Assembly (NCBI GenBank): GCA_002069725.1
Contig: MWBW01000010.1
Location: forward strand, 1,046-65,045
From: Firmicutes bacterium ADurb.Bin248
GTDB taxonomy: Bacteria; Bacillota; Clostridia; Christensenellales; CAG-138
Direction: 5' to 3'
DNA length: 64,000 bases
Below the pieces are notes generated by a model, which was not told where the DNA came from, searched no databases, and saw only the letters and a list, made by a program, of their open reading frames with translations. Of this stretch, positions 54,685 to 64,000 are shown in pieces (within the stretch, counting starts at the first letter, position 1; each line of letters starts with the position of its first letter). Position numbers and translations under genes: made by a program.

Positions 54685-54695
<11 letters not shown>
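53571..54695 (-). CDS. glgD: Glucose-1-phosphate adenylyltransferase regulatory subunit GlgD
   Basis: 374 aa. [27 protein letters not shown]. Lacks the GGxGxRL loop of GlgC. Positioned between glgC and glgA. Confidence 0.88.
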
Positions 54696-55923
<1,228 letters not shown>

Positions 55924-55953
55924 ACTTGCTCCGCCTCCTTCTACTAATAGGAT

Positions 55954-57807
55954 TCAGGGAAGTAAATCGATTTTATACCAAGCGGCCTCATATCCCGCGA
56001 GCGGGATGCGCGCCGTGCAGCCGCCCGCGTCCTCCGCAACGGAAACGGGCGCTTCCGGCCCCTCGACGCTCGACATCGCGCGGCGAAGCTTCGCGCGGTA
56101 CGGCAGGCGGATCGGATACGCGCCGTGCGGCACGGGCGTGAAGTTGAATATGCACAAAAGCTCTCTCCCCGCGTCGTCCCTGCGGCAGAAGGCGAGCACG
56201 CTGTGGGCGGAATCGTCCGCGCTTCGCCATTCGAAGCCCTCCCAGCCGTCGTCCCGCTCGTAGAGCGCGGGCTCGCTTTTATAAAACAGGTTCAGCGCCT
56301 TGACGAACTCGCGGAGCGCCGCGTGCTGCGGAAAATCGAGCAGCATCCAGTCGAGCGAGCGGCGGAAGTTCCACTCCGCGAACTGGCCGAACTCGCCCCC
56401 CATAAAGAGCAGCTTCTTGCCCGGGTGCGCGTACTGGTACATATAAAGCAGGCGAAGCTGCGCGAACATCTCGTCATACGTGCCGGGGAAGCGGCCGATC
56501 AGCGAATTTTTCATGTGCACGACCTCGTCGTGCGAGAAGGGCAGTATATAGTTTTCCGAGAATGCGTAGCACATGGAGAAGGTCAGCTTGTCGTGGTTGA
56601 ACTTGCGAAAATAGCTGTCCAGCTTGCAGTAGGAGAGCGTGTCGTTCATCCAGCCCATGTTCCATTTGAAGTTGAAGCCGAGGCCGCCGTCCTCCGGCGG
56701 GGCGGTCACGAGCGGGAAGGCCGTGCTCTCCTCGGCGATGAGCAGACTGCCGGGGCACTCGCGCCCCACGGCGCGCGAGAGCGCGCGGAAGAACTCCACG
56801 GCGGCGAGGTTCTCGTGCCCGCCCTCGGCGTTGGGGACCCACTCCCCCTCGCGCCTGCCGTAGTCGAGGTAGAGCATGCAGCTCACCGCATCCACGCGAA
56901 GCCCGTCTATGTGGAATTCCTTGAAGAAATAGACCGCGTTGGAGATGAGAAAGCTGCGCACCTCGCTCTTTTCGAGATCGAAGAGCATGGTGCCCCAGTC
57001 CGGCTGCTCACCGCGGCGCGGGTCGGGATGCTCGTAGAGCGCGCTGCCGTCGAAGCGGCGAAGGCCGTGCGCGTCCTTTGTGAAGTGCGCGGGCACCCAA
57101 TCGAGCAGCACGCCTATGCCAGCCCTGTGGAAGGCGTTGACCAACAGCTTGAACTGCTCCGGCGTGCCGTAGCGCGAGGTGACGGCGTAATAGCCCGTGA
57201 CCTGGTAGCCCCAACTGTCGTCCAAAGGATATTCGCACACGGGCATGAACTCGACGTGCGTGTAGCCGAGATCCGCGACGTAATCGACGAGCTCGGCGGC
57301 GAGCTGCGCGTAATCCCGTCCCTCCCGCCACGAGCCCAGGTGCACCTCGTAGATGCTCATGGGGGCCTCGCGGGGCGGCCTTGCGGGACGGCGGCGCGCG
57401 GCCATATGCGCGTCGTCCGTCCATTTGAAGGGGATCGGGTCCCAGACGACGGAGGCCGTTTCAGGCCTCGGCTCGCTGAAAAACGCGTAAGGGTCGGCCT
57501 TGTAGATCAACTCGCCCTTTTTCGTCATGATCGCGTATTTGTAAAGATTCCCGTGCCGGGCGATGCCCACGTGCGCCTGCCACACGCCCGTGGTGCCGCA
57601 GGGGGTCATCGGGTCGGCGCGCGGGTTCCAGCCGTTGAAGCTGCCCACGACGCTCACCGCCCGCGCGTCCGGCGCCCAGACGGCGAAGCGGAAGGCTTCG
57701 TATCCCTCGGGCATGGCCACGCGATGACAGCCGAGCGCCCGGTAGGCGTACGCGCTTTTTCCCGTGTTGAACAGGTAGAGCTCGTTGTCGTCAAGGTATG
57801 GATTCAT
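55954..57807 (-). CDS. glgB: 1,4-alpha-glucan branching enzyme
   Basis: 617 aa. FAVWAPDARAVSVVGSFNGWN (CBM48), GVLLDWVPAHF, DGLRVDAV, IAEEST (GH13 catalytic motifs). Confidence 0.95.
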   Translation of the reverse strand: MNPYLDDNELYLFNTGKSAYAYRALGCHRVAMPEGYEAFRFAVWAPDARAVSVVGSFNGWNPRADPMTPCGTTGVWQAHVGIARHGNLYKYAIMTKKGELIYKADPYAFFSEPRPETASVVWDPIPFKWTDDAHMAARRRPARPPREAPMSIYEVHLGSWREGRDYAQLAAELVDYVADLGYTHVEFMPVCEYPLDDSWGYQVTGYYAVTSRYGTPEQFKLLVNAFHRAGIGVLLDWVPAHFTKDAHGLRRFDGSALYEHPDPRRGEQPDWGTMLFDLEKSEVRSFLISNAVYFFKEFHIDGLRVDAVSCMLYLDYGRREGEWVPNAEGGHENLAAVEFFRALSRAVGRECPGSLLIAEESTAFPLVTAPPEDGGLGFNFKWNMGWMNDTLSYCKLDSYFRKFNHDKLTFSMCYAFSENYILPFSHDEVVHMKNSLIGRFPGTYDEMFAQLRLLYMYQYAHPGKKLLFMGGEFGQFAEWNFRRSLDWMLLDFPQHAALREFVKALNLFYKSEPALYERDDGWEGFEWRSADDSAHSVLAFCRRDDAGRELLCIFNFTPVPHGAYPIRLPYRAKLRRAMSSVEGPEAPVSVAEDAGGCTARIPLAGYEAAWYKIDLLP

Positions 57808-57890
57808 GCGAACCTCCCGCGCGCGCCGCGCGCCTGCGTATCCTTATTTTAACGCATCCGCCGCCCAATTGGTAGAAGAATCTTGCAGCG

Positions 57891-57937
57891 AAAAAGGGAT
57901 GAACCCCCGGCGGAACGGTCTTGCCGGGGATTCATCC
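57891..57937 (-). terminator. Rho-independent terminator after the aldo/keto reductase gene
   Basis: Minus strand reads GGATGAATCCCC-(17 nt)-GGGGGTTCATCC followed by CTTTTT. Confidence 0.55.
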
Positions 57938-58005
57938 GGGGAGGGCCGCGAACGGCAGTCAGGCTCTTGCCGCCCGCGCGCGCGGCGGGAACCGCGGGAC
58001 GCCTT

Positions 58006-59034
58006 CTATCTTTCCCCGCGCGCGAGGTAGACCGCGTCGTAGTCTGAGAGCATTTCCTTTAGCAGGTTCGGCGTGTCCAGGCCGTACGGGCAGCGGGAAG
58101 CGCAGGCGCGGCAGCCGGTGCAAGCGTCTATCCTGTGCATGAGCACGCGGTATTCTTTCGAGAGCAGCTTCCCCGTCGGCGCGCGGCGCAGCATGCAGTT
58201 CATGCGCGCTGCCGTGGGGATGTCGATCCCGGCCGGGCAGGGCAGGCAGTAGCCGCAGCCGCGGCAGAAGTTGCCGGAAAGCTCCCGGCGGTCCCGTTCG
58301 ATCAGGGCGGCCAGTTCCGGCGTGAGCGCCAGGTCGTCCCGCGCGGCGAGGGCGAGGAATTCGTCGAGCTCGCTCTCGCGCTGTATGCCCCAGATGGGCG
58401 CGACCGTGGAGTGCGCGCGCATGAAGGCGGCGCAGGCCTCGGCGTTGGTCAGCAGGCCTCCCGCGAGCGCCTTCATGGCGATGAAGCCCATGTCCGCATC
58501 CCGGCAGAGCGCGACGAGTTCCGTTTCCTCTTTGGAGGCGAGGTAGCTGAACGGGAACTGCAGCGTGTCGTAAAGGCCGGAGGCGATCGCCTCGCGCGCG
58601 ACGGCGAGCCTGTGGTTGGTGACGCCGATGTGGCGCACGTATCCCCGGCGCTTGGCTTCAAGCGCGGCCGCGAGCGCGCTGTCGGGATCGTCCGGATCGG
58701 GGAGCGACTCCGGGTTGTGGAGCTGGAAAAGGTCTATGTAATCCGTCCCGAGCGCGCGAAGGCTCTGCTCGATGTGCGAAAGCACGGTCTTTTTATCCTT
58801 GGCCATGGACTTGGTCGAGAGGATCACCTCGCGCCGCACGCCCGAGAGCGCGAGGCCGAGCTTCTGCTCGCTGTCGGTATAGGCGTTGGCGGTGTCGAAA
58901 TAGTTGACGCCGCCCTCATAGGCGCGGCGGATGAGCCGCACGGCTTCGCCGCGCGGGACGCGCTGCACGGGCAGCGCCCCGAAGGATACCTCCGTGACCG
59001 TCAGCTCCGTGCGCCCGAGGCGGATTTTTCGCAT
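58006..59034 (-). CDS. Aldo/keto reductase with C-terminal 4Fe-4S-type Cys cluster
   Basis: Start at ATG 59034 after GGAGGAG (MRKIRLGRTELTVTEVSFGALP). YFDTANAY and DLFQLHNP motifs. C-terminal CRGCGYCLPCPAGI...CTGCRACASRCPYG. Confidence 0.85.
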   Translation of the reverse strand: MRKIRLGRTELTVTEVSFGALPVQRVPRGEAVRLIRRAYEGGVNYFDTANAYTDSEQKLGLALSGVRREVILSTKSMAKDKKTVLSHIEQSLRALGTDYIDLFQLHNPESLPDPDDPDSALAAALEAKRRGYVRHIGVTNHRLAVAREAIASGLYDTLQFPFSYLASKEETELVALCRDADMGFIAMKALAGGLLTNAEACAAFMRAHSTVAPIWGIQRESELDEFLALAARDDLALTPELAALIERDRRELSGNFCRGCGYCLPCPAGIDIPTAARMNCMLRRAPTGKLLSKEYRVLMHRIDACTGCRACASRCPYGLDTPNLLKEMLSDYDAVYLARGER

Positions 59035-59099
59035 GGTGCTCCTCCAAAAGAGAATTCCCGGGCGCGAAAGCGCCCGGGAATGATTATACCACGCTTCTC

Positions 59100-60803
59100 T
59101 CAGTTGCTGAAGCCCGTAATGCCCAGCGGCGTCGCCATGTCGCAGTCGACCACGAAGCAGGGGCCGGAGCCGTCGCCCCACGGGTCCTGGAGATAGGCGA
59201 GCCACTGCTCGTCGTCGAAATAGCGCACGAAGCTGTCCCAGTCGCTCTCGCCGTCGAAGGGGAGCATCGTGGTTTCGATAAGCCAGTAATCCCCGCTCTG
59301 GTTCCAGTCCTCGACGGCGACCTGCGCGTGCCCCGGCGGCAGTATGATCATGGCGTGCATGTTGGCGCTCTGTATGGCGCTGGCCATAATCAGGGCGGTT
59401 TCGATGCAAACGCCGCTGCCCGCGTAGAGGCTGGCGTCCGGCAGCAGCACGCGCTGGTTCGCGCCCTCGGTCATGGAGAACGCGCCCATGTTGTAGCGCA
59501 TGCCCAGCTCGCTCATGGCGGCCTGTACGCCGATCACCTGCCAGATGACGTTGAGATAATATTCATCCTCGCCGAAAAGCGCGAGCTGGTAGCCCGGCAG
59601 GGAATTGAGCTGCCCGTCGGTGTAATACTCCAGCCACGAGATCGCGGTGCGGCGCAGCGTCAGTATCCCCTCGGACTCCGGCGTGAGCCACGCGAGCAGG
59701 TCGTAGTCGCTGTACACGCCGAACTCGTCGCTCCAGAGGCAGAAGTCGTATATGCTCATCAGCTTGACCTTGCGCGATTCCCGCGCGTAGACCTTGCCCG
59801 TGTTCACGTCGGACACGGCGATGCTGATCTGCGCGTCCTTGGAGGAGGTCAGATCGATGTTGCCGGGGAGCAGCGCGGGCTTGGCGTAGATCTTGGTGAT
59901 TTGGGAACTGAGCGTCACTTTCTGCTCGTACGGCTGCGTGAAGCCGGGGATCTCCACGCGAACGAGCACCTCCGTGTCGCCCCCCTCGCTCGTGGCGGTG
60001 AGGTTGACCACGCTGTCCATCGTGGAGTAAAGGTTGGGATAGATGGTCTCGCACGTGACGAAATCCACCTCGACCGAGTTTTCCCTGGCGGCGTAGGAAT
60101 AGGATATGCCGGGCAGATCCGCGTCGGAAAGCACTTTGTCCGCGAGCGAGCCCGACGGCGTGTTGAGCGCCTCGCCCCCCTTGCCGCCCGTGTTCCGCTT
60201 ATCGCCCGGGGAGAGCGCGAGCACGAGCACCACGGCGAGCACCGCGACGCCCACGAGTATGCCGCCGATGATAAACCCCGTTTTCGCGCCTTTGCCGCCT
60301 TTTTTGGCGGGCGGCGGCGCGCCGTATTGATATGCCGGAGCCTGATACGCGCCGGGCTGCTGCGGCGGCGCCTGATACGGGGACGCGGGCGGCGCGGGCC
60401 GGTACGCGGGGGCCTGCGGCGCGGCGGGCGCCTGGTACGCCGGGGCCTGCGGCGGCGCCTGATATGCGCCGGTTTGCGGCGCGGCGGGGGCCCGGTACGC
60501 CGGCGCCTGATACGCGCCGGGTTGCGGCGCGGCGGGGGTCTGATACGCCGGGGCCTGCGGCGGCGCCTGATACGCGCCGGTTTGCGGCGCGGCGGGGGCC
60601 CGATACGTCGGGCCCTGCGGCGGCGCCTGATATGCGCCTGCTTGCGGCGCGGCGGGCTGGGACGGAAAAACGGGCTGCGCGGCGGGCGCCTGCGCGGCCC
60701 CGCCCGCGGGAACGCGCCCCGCGTCGGCGGCGTTGCCGCACGAGGGACAGAAGGCTTCGCCCTCCCTGATCGGGGAGCCGCAGTTTACGCAAAATTTCGC
60801 CAT
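59100..60803 (-). CDS. Zinc-ribbon / P-A-Q-Y repeat linker / single TM / extracellular transglutaminase-like-core protein
   Basis: 567 aa. MAKFCVNCGSPIREGEAFCPSCG. About 140 aa of (GAYQAPPQAPAYQAPAAPQ)-like repeats. TM segment FIIGGILVGVAVLAVVLVLAL. C-terminal GSGVCIETALIMASAIQSANMHAMIILPPGHAQVAVE...YWLIETT follows a Cys-His-Glu pattern like papain-fold transglutaminase-like domains. Confidence 0.65.
   Translation of the reverse strand: MAKFCVNCGSPIREGEAFCPSCGNAADAGRVPAGGAAQAPAAQPVFPSQPAAPQAGAYQAPPQGPTYRAPAAPQTGAYQAPPQAPAYQTPAAPQPGAYQAPAYRAPAAPQTGAYQAPPQAPAYQAPAAPQAPAYRPAPPASPYQAPPQQPGAYQAPAYQYGAPPPAKKGGKGAKTGFIIGGILVGVAVLAVVLVLALSPGDKRNTGGKGGEALNTPSGSLADKVLSDADLPGISYSYAARENSVEVDFVTCETIYPNLYSTMDSVVNLTATSEGGDTEVLVRVEIPGFTQPYEQKVTLSSQITKIYAKPALLPGNIDLTSSKDAQISIAVSDVNTGKVYARESRKVKLMSIYDFCLWSDEFGVYSDYDLLAWLTPESEGILTLRRTAISWLEYYTDGQLNSLPGYQLALFGEDEYYLNVIWQVIGVQAAMSELGMRYNMGAFSMTEGANQRVLLPDASLYAGSGVCIETALIMASAIQSANMHAMIILPPGHAQVAVEDWNQSGDYWLIETTMLPFDGESDWDSFVRYFDDEQWLAYLQDPWGDGSGPCFVVDCDMATPLGITGFSN
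60308..60728 (-). repeat. Imperfect ~48-60-bp tandem DNA repeats encoding the P/A/Q/Y linker
   Basis: Recurrent CCTGATA(C/T)GCGCCGG(T/G)TTGCGGCGCGGCGGGGG(C/T)C... units are visible on the plus strand between about 60330 and 60700. Confidence 0.8.
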
Positions 60804-60816
60804 ACTCGTTCCTCCC

Positions 60817-61683
60817 TTACAGCGCGCCGAGCAGCGCCTGGCAGTTGGCGTCCAGTTCCGACTTGAGCGTGCCGATGTTGCCGTCCAGGCGGTTGCGCAC
60901 CTTTTCGTACTGGAGGTTGAACAGCTCCGTCAGCTCGATCTCGCAATAGCCGACCTCGATCTGCATCCTGCCGAGCAGATAGTTCGCGGAGGCGCTGCGC
61001 AGCACGTCCTCGATCTGGATGGCGGTGTACATGGTTTCGAGCACGGCCAGGTACTTGCGCGTCGCGCGGATGTACTTGTCGAAGCATTCCTGCATGAACG
61101 CGGGGCAGTCTATGACTTCCATCGCGTCGGTCATATCCTGTATGACGTAGTAAAGCTCGGCGATGGCTTCCGACATGTCGGAATACTGCTCGATGTCGTA
61201 CGCTGCGAGGCCCTCGGCCGCCTCATACTCCGCGAAGTAGAAGTCGAAAATGCTCATCAAATCGCGCAGCGCGTCCTCGAGCCACGCGAAATACGTTTTG
61301 GCGGCGGCGACGGTTTCGTCCACGCTTTCGAGTCCCGTCACGCGCAGCGCGTCCACCTGGGCCCGCAGCGCCACAACGCTGCTGATGGAGGCGTCGAGTT
61401 CGTCCGCCTTGGCGCGGACCTCGTCGTAGTTGTCCTCGGACTCATACTCCTCGCCGTTGCGCAGCGCTTCCCGGTAAGCCTCGAGCTCCGCCGCGGAGTC
61501 CTCGAGCTGCCAGTCGATGAGCGCCCGCGCGGAGGACAGTATGCCGTCCGTCTGCGCGACGCAGGCGCCGATCGTTTCGAGTATGGCCCGCACGTCCGCC
61601 CCCGTGTAACCGGACGCGGCCGAAGGCGCGCCCAAAGCGGCGAGCAGCGCTAACACCATGCAAATGCTTATGGCGCGTTTCAT
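60817..61683 (-). CDS. Hypothetical secreted, acidic, predominantly helical protein
   Basis: 288 aa. Signal peptide MKRAISICMVLALLAALGAPSAASG. Lies 14 bp upstream of, and co-directional with, the zinc-ribbon/TGase-like gene. Confidence 0.5.
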   Translation of the reverse strand: MKRAISICMVLALLAALGAPSAASGYTGADVRAILETIGACVAQTDGILSSARALIDWQLEDSAAELEAYREALRNGEEYESEDNYDEVRAKADELDASISSVVALRAQVDALRVTGLESVDETVAAAKTYFAWLEDALRDLMSIFDFYFAEYEAAEGLAAYDIEQYSDMSEAIAELYYVIQDMTDAMEVIDCPAFMQECFDKYIRATRKYLAVLETMYTAIQIEDVLRSASANYLLGRMQIEVGYCEIELTELFNLQYEKVRNRLDGNIGTLKSELDANCQALLGAL

Positions 61684-61849
61684 GTTTATGACGATACCCC
61701 CCTTATTCGATTTGAAAACGTGAGCCTGTTTCTGTAATTATACCATATCGCGGCCGCTGCACAATATCTCGACGCAAACCGCGCCGATGAGTTTTTATGC
61801 GCGAGCGCCGCCGATTATGCATTGAAAAAGCCGCCCTGCGTCGCATTTG

Positions 61850-61879
61850 TTGACTCCGGCATATGTATAATGCTATAAT
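61850..61879 (+). promoter_or_regulatory. Candidate strong sigma-A promoter (TTGACT-18-TGcTATAAT) preceding a ~260-nt leader of ldcA
   Basis: TTGACT at 61850-55, TG at 61871-72, TATAAT at 61874-79. Confidence 0.5.
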
Positions 61880-62145
61880 ATATACCGGCCGGAGGCGCTT
61901 ACCGCTGTCGGGCGAACCGAATTTTCACGGCAAAGCCGCCGCGCGCGCTCGCGCGGAACTGAAATTTCTGCCCAACAAATCTTCGAAAAGCGATTTTTCG
62001 CGGAATCCCCCGGGGACGCGGAACAGGTTATGATCGTCTTGGGCTTGCCATAATTCGCCGCGTTTCGCGACGGGTTGATCGCGTTTTGCTTATTGGGGAT
62101 AAGGCCGGACATATCCGAATGAAACGGACGAAGGAGGGCGACGTC

Positions 62146-63093
62146 ATGATCAAGGCGAAAAAGCTGAGCAAAGGAGACACCATAGGCATCATATCGCCCG
62201 CGAGCGCCTCCTTCCACAGGAGCGACGTGCTCAGGGCGCAGGAGATGCTCGAGTCGATGGGCTTCAACGTGCTGCTGGGCAGGCACGTCAACGAGACCAA
62301 GGGCTTCTTCGCGGCGAGCGAGGAGCACCGCGTCAGGGATTTCAACGATATGTTCTATAACGACGCGGTGGACGCCGTGTTCGTCACGCAGGGCGGCTAC
62401 GGCAGCGCGCAGATACTCGGCAAAATCGACTACGAGGCCATACGCGCGAACCCCAAGATCTTCACGGGCTTCTCCGACATCACCTCCATCCATCTGGCCA
62501 TCTACCGCAGGGCGGGCGTCATGACCTTCCACGGACCGGGCATGACGCGCTTTACGACCGAGGACCTCACCGAATACACGAGAAAGCAGTTCTTCAAGGC
62601 CATCAGCACGCCGGAGCCGCTCGGTGAAATCGAGCTTGCGGACAAGCGCAAGTGGCTCTATTCCATCGCGCCCGGCGCCTGCGAGGGCGAGCTTGTCGGC
62701 GGCAACCTCACGCTCGTGTGCGCCACGCTCGGCACGCCCTACGAGATCGACACGCGGGGCAAAATCCTCTTCCTCGAGGAGGTCGATTCCGAGCCGTGGG
62801 TCATGGACCACTGCCTCTCGCACCTTCGAAACGCGGGCAAGCTCGCCGACCTCGCGGGCATCGTCATAGGCGAGTGCAACAACTGCGACCCGCGTATCTT
62901 CGACCCGGGCTATTACAGCGACACGGACATCGAGGATGTGTTCAATTATTACTTCGCGGATCTCGGCGTGCCCGTGCTCTACGGGCTGCCTCTGGGTCAC
63001 ACCGAGGACACGGCGACCATCCCCATGGGCGCGCGCGCGCGGCTCGACGCCGACGAAAAGAAGCTCGTCGTACTCGAGAGCGGGGTCGTATGA
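62146..63093 (+). CDS. ldcA: LD-carboxypeptidase (peptidase S66, muramoyltetrapeptide carboxypeptidase-like)
   Basis: ATG 62146 after AAGGAGGG. GDTIGIISPASA, GFSDITSIHLA (Ser nucleophile), and GHTEDTATIPMG near the C-terminus. Confidence 0.85.
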   Translation: MIKAKKLSKGDTIGIISPASASFHRSDVLRAQEMLESMGFNVLLGRHVNETKGFFAASEEHRVRDFNDMFYNDAVDAVFVTQGGYGSAQILGKIDYEAIRANPKIFTGFSDITSIHLAIYRRAGVMTFHGPGMTRFTTEDLTEYTRKQFFKAISTPEPLGEIELADKRKWLYSIAPGACEGELVGGNLTLVCATLGTPYEIDTRGKILFLEEVDSEPWVMDHCLSHLRNAGKLADLAGIVIGECNNCDPRIFDPGYYSDTDIEDVFNYYFADLGVPVLYGLPLGHTEDTATIPMGARARLDADEKKLVVLESGVV

Positions 63094-63191
63094 ACGGCCC
63101 GGATTCGATGTAGCATTTTTTTGTCCTTTGGTATACAATACAGCCGGAAGCGATCAACACCTCCAATCGTCATATTGAAAGGATGGAAAAG

Positions 63192-64000
63192 ATGAAACCG
63201 GCAAAAAGAATCATCGCGCTGCTGCTTGCGCTCGCATTGGCCGTGCCTCTCGCGGCGTGCGGGGGGAACGAGGACGACACGGCTTACTTCCGGTTCGGCT
63301 TCGGCGAGGAGCCGGATTCGCTCAACCCGTATCTGGGAACGCATACCATCTCCTACTATGTGAACAACTCCATCTACGACTCGCTCTTCGCGCGCGGCGC
63401 GGACTACGAGCTCTCGGGAAGCCTCTGCGCCGCGTATGAAACCGCGCTCAACGACGACGGAAGCTGCGTCTACACCATGACCATACGGGACGGCGTGAAG
63501 TGGCAGGACGGCGAGGCGCTCACGGCCGGCGACGTCGCCTTCACGCTCTACACGACCTACTACTGGTCGGCTTCGCATTCCTACGACCTGCTCTTCCTCG
63601 ATCCGGATTCGATCGAGGTCGCAAACGACACCACGCTCAGCTTTACGGTCGAGGCCGATTATCCCTACATACTCGAATACCTCGCGTACTGCCCGATACT
63701 GCCCGAGCACGTCTGGAAGCAGTGTTTCACGGACGACGCGGGGAACTGGCTCTCGCCCGACGACGAAACGGTTTACGACAAGCTGCAGCTCGATCTCACG
63801 GCCGAGAACATGACGGGCTCCGGCCCGTTCAAGTGGCACGGCGCGGACGAGACCGCCTGCACGCTCGTGCGAAACGACGGCTACTGGAACGGTAAAAGCG
63901 GCATAGACGCGCTCGTGTACGTCTACCACGTGTCCGAGCCGCTGACCGCGCTTCAGAACGGCGAGCTCGACGCCTGCGAGTACATGACCGCCAGCGCGCT
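63192..64000 (+). CDS. ABC transporter substrate-binding lipoprotein, family 5 (peptide/nickel type), 5' part (runs off the window end)
   Basis: Not in the ORF track (no stop). My translation from ATG 63192 gives MKPAKRIIALLLALALAVPLAACGGNEDD (lipobox LAAC), ...FGFGEEPDSLNPY...TIRDGVKWQDGEALTAGDVAFT...TGSGPFKW. Confidence 0.8.
   Translation, partial: MKPAKRIIALLLALALAVPLAACGGNEDDTAYFRFGFGEEPDSLNPYLGTHTISYYVNNSIYDSLFARGADYELSGSLCAAYETALNDDGSCVYTMTIRDGVKWQDGEALTAGDVAFTLYTTYYWSASHSYDLLFLDPDSIEVANDTTLSFTVEADYPYILEYLAYCPILPEHVWKQCFTDDAGNWLSPDDETVYDKLQLDLTAENMTGSGPFKWHGADETACTLVRNDGYWNGKSGIDALVYVYHVSEPLTALQNGELDACEYMTASA

Noticed and set aside
58006-59409. Longer 467-aa version of the aldo/keto reductase ORF
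   Set aside because: The N-terminal 125 residues are Arg/His-rich with no family resemblance and overlap the neighbouring gene's 3' end. ATG 59034, with a GGAGGAG RBS, gives the canonical AKR N-terminus.
60308-60728. PQTG motifs inside the P/A/Q/Y linker of the 567-aa zinc-ribbon protein (AAPQTGAYQ, twice)
   Set aside because: They are not followed by a hydrophobic segment plus a basic tail, and lie on the predicted cytoplasmic side before the TM helix. They are most likely a compositional coincidence, not sortase signals.

Overview
High-G+C chromosomal segment, almost fully coding. Two 60-nt lines I counted gave 73% GC (27781-27840) and 45% GC (27001-27060, an atypical islet). Gene content and synteny look like Bacillota/Clostridia: glgD, glpK plus a DUF1667 cluster, yabB-rsmI divergent from metG-tatD, SH3b and a sortase. 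This taxon call is inference.

Core genes:
- Replication and translation: gyrA (partial), gyrB, recF, a CCA-adding-type nucleotidyltransferase, mnmE, cysS, metG-GNAT-tatD, a YabB-like methyltransferase, rsmI, tRNA-Arg(ACG).
- Cell wall and selenium: murG, ldcA, and the selenium-cofactor trio selD-yqeB-yqeC with a divergent ModE-like regulator.
- Carbon metabolism: glycerol operon (glpK, GlpA-like, FAD oxidoreductase, DUF1667) and glycogen operon (glgB-glgC-glgD-glgA).

Most interesting signals:
1. A repeat family I do not recognise. Tandem 7-nt CAATTGA/CAATTAT units (many exact TTGACA hexamers) are coupled to a CGCCGCC-N3-4-GGCGGG hairpin. It occurs at four intergenic loci; the largest (51781-52130) supplies the last codons and the stop codon of glgA.
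2. A surface-protein system. A 2971-aa InlB-B-repeat protein contains five ~600-bp tandem copies, including an 833-bp exact duplicate. A 338-aa paralogue follows it. Both end in an xPQTG[N/D] + TM + basic-tail sorting signal and share a promoter with 11-bp-phased (T/C)GTAAC direct repeats. A distant gene encodes an unusual signal peptide-SH3b-SH3b-class-B-sortase fusion that would fit that signal.
3. A compact type IV filament-like operon: GspF-like, four small TM proteins, PilT-type ATPase. It has no recognisable major pilin, prepilin peptidase or PilB.
4. Zinc-ribbon/QY-rich/TM proteins encoded next to, or fused with, transglutaminase-like domains.

Many long reverse-strand or alternate-frame ORFs in the supplied track are high-GC shadow ORFs and were rejected.
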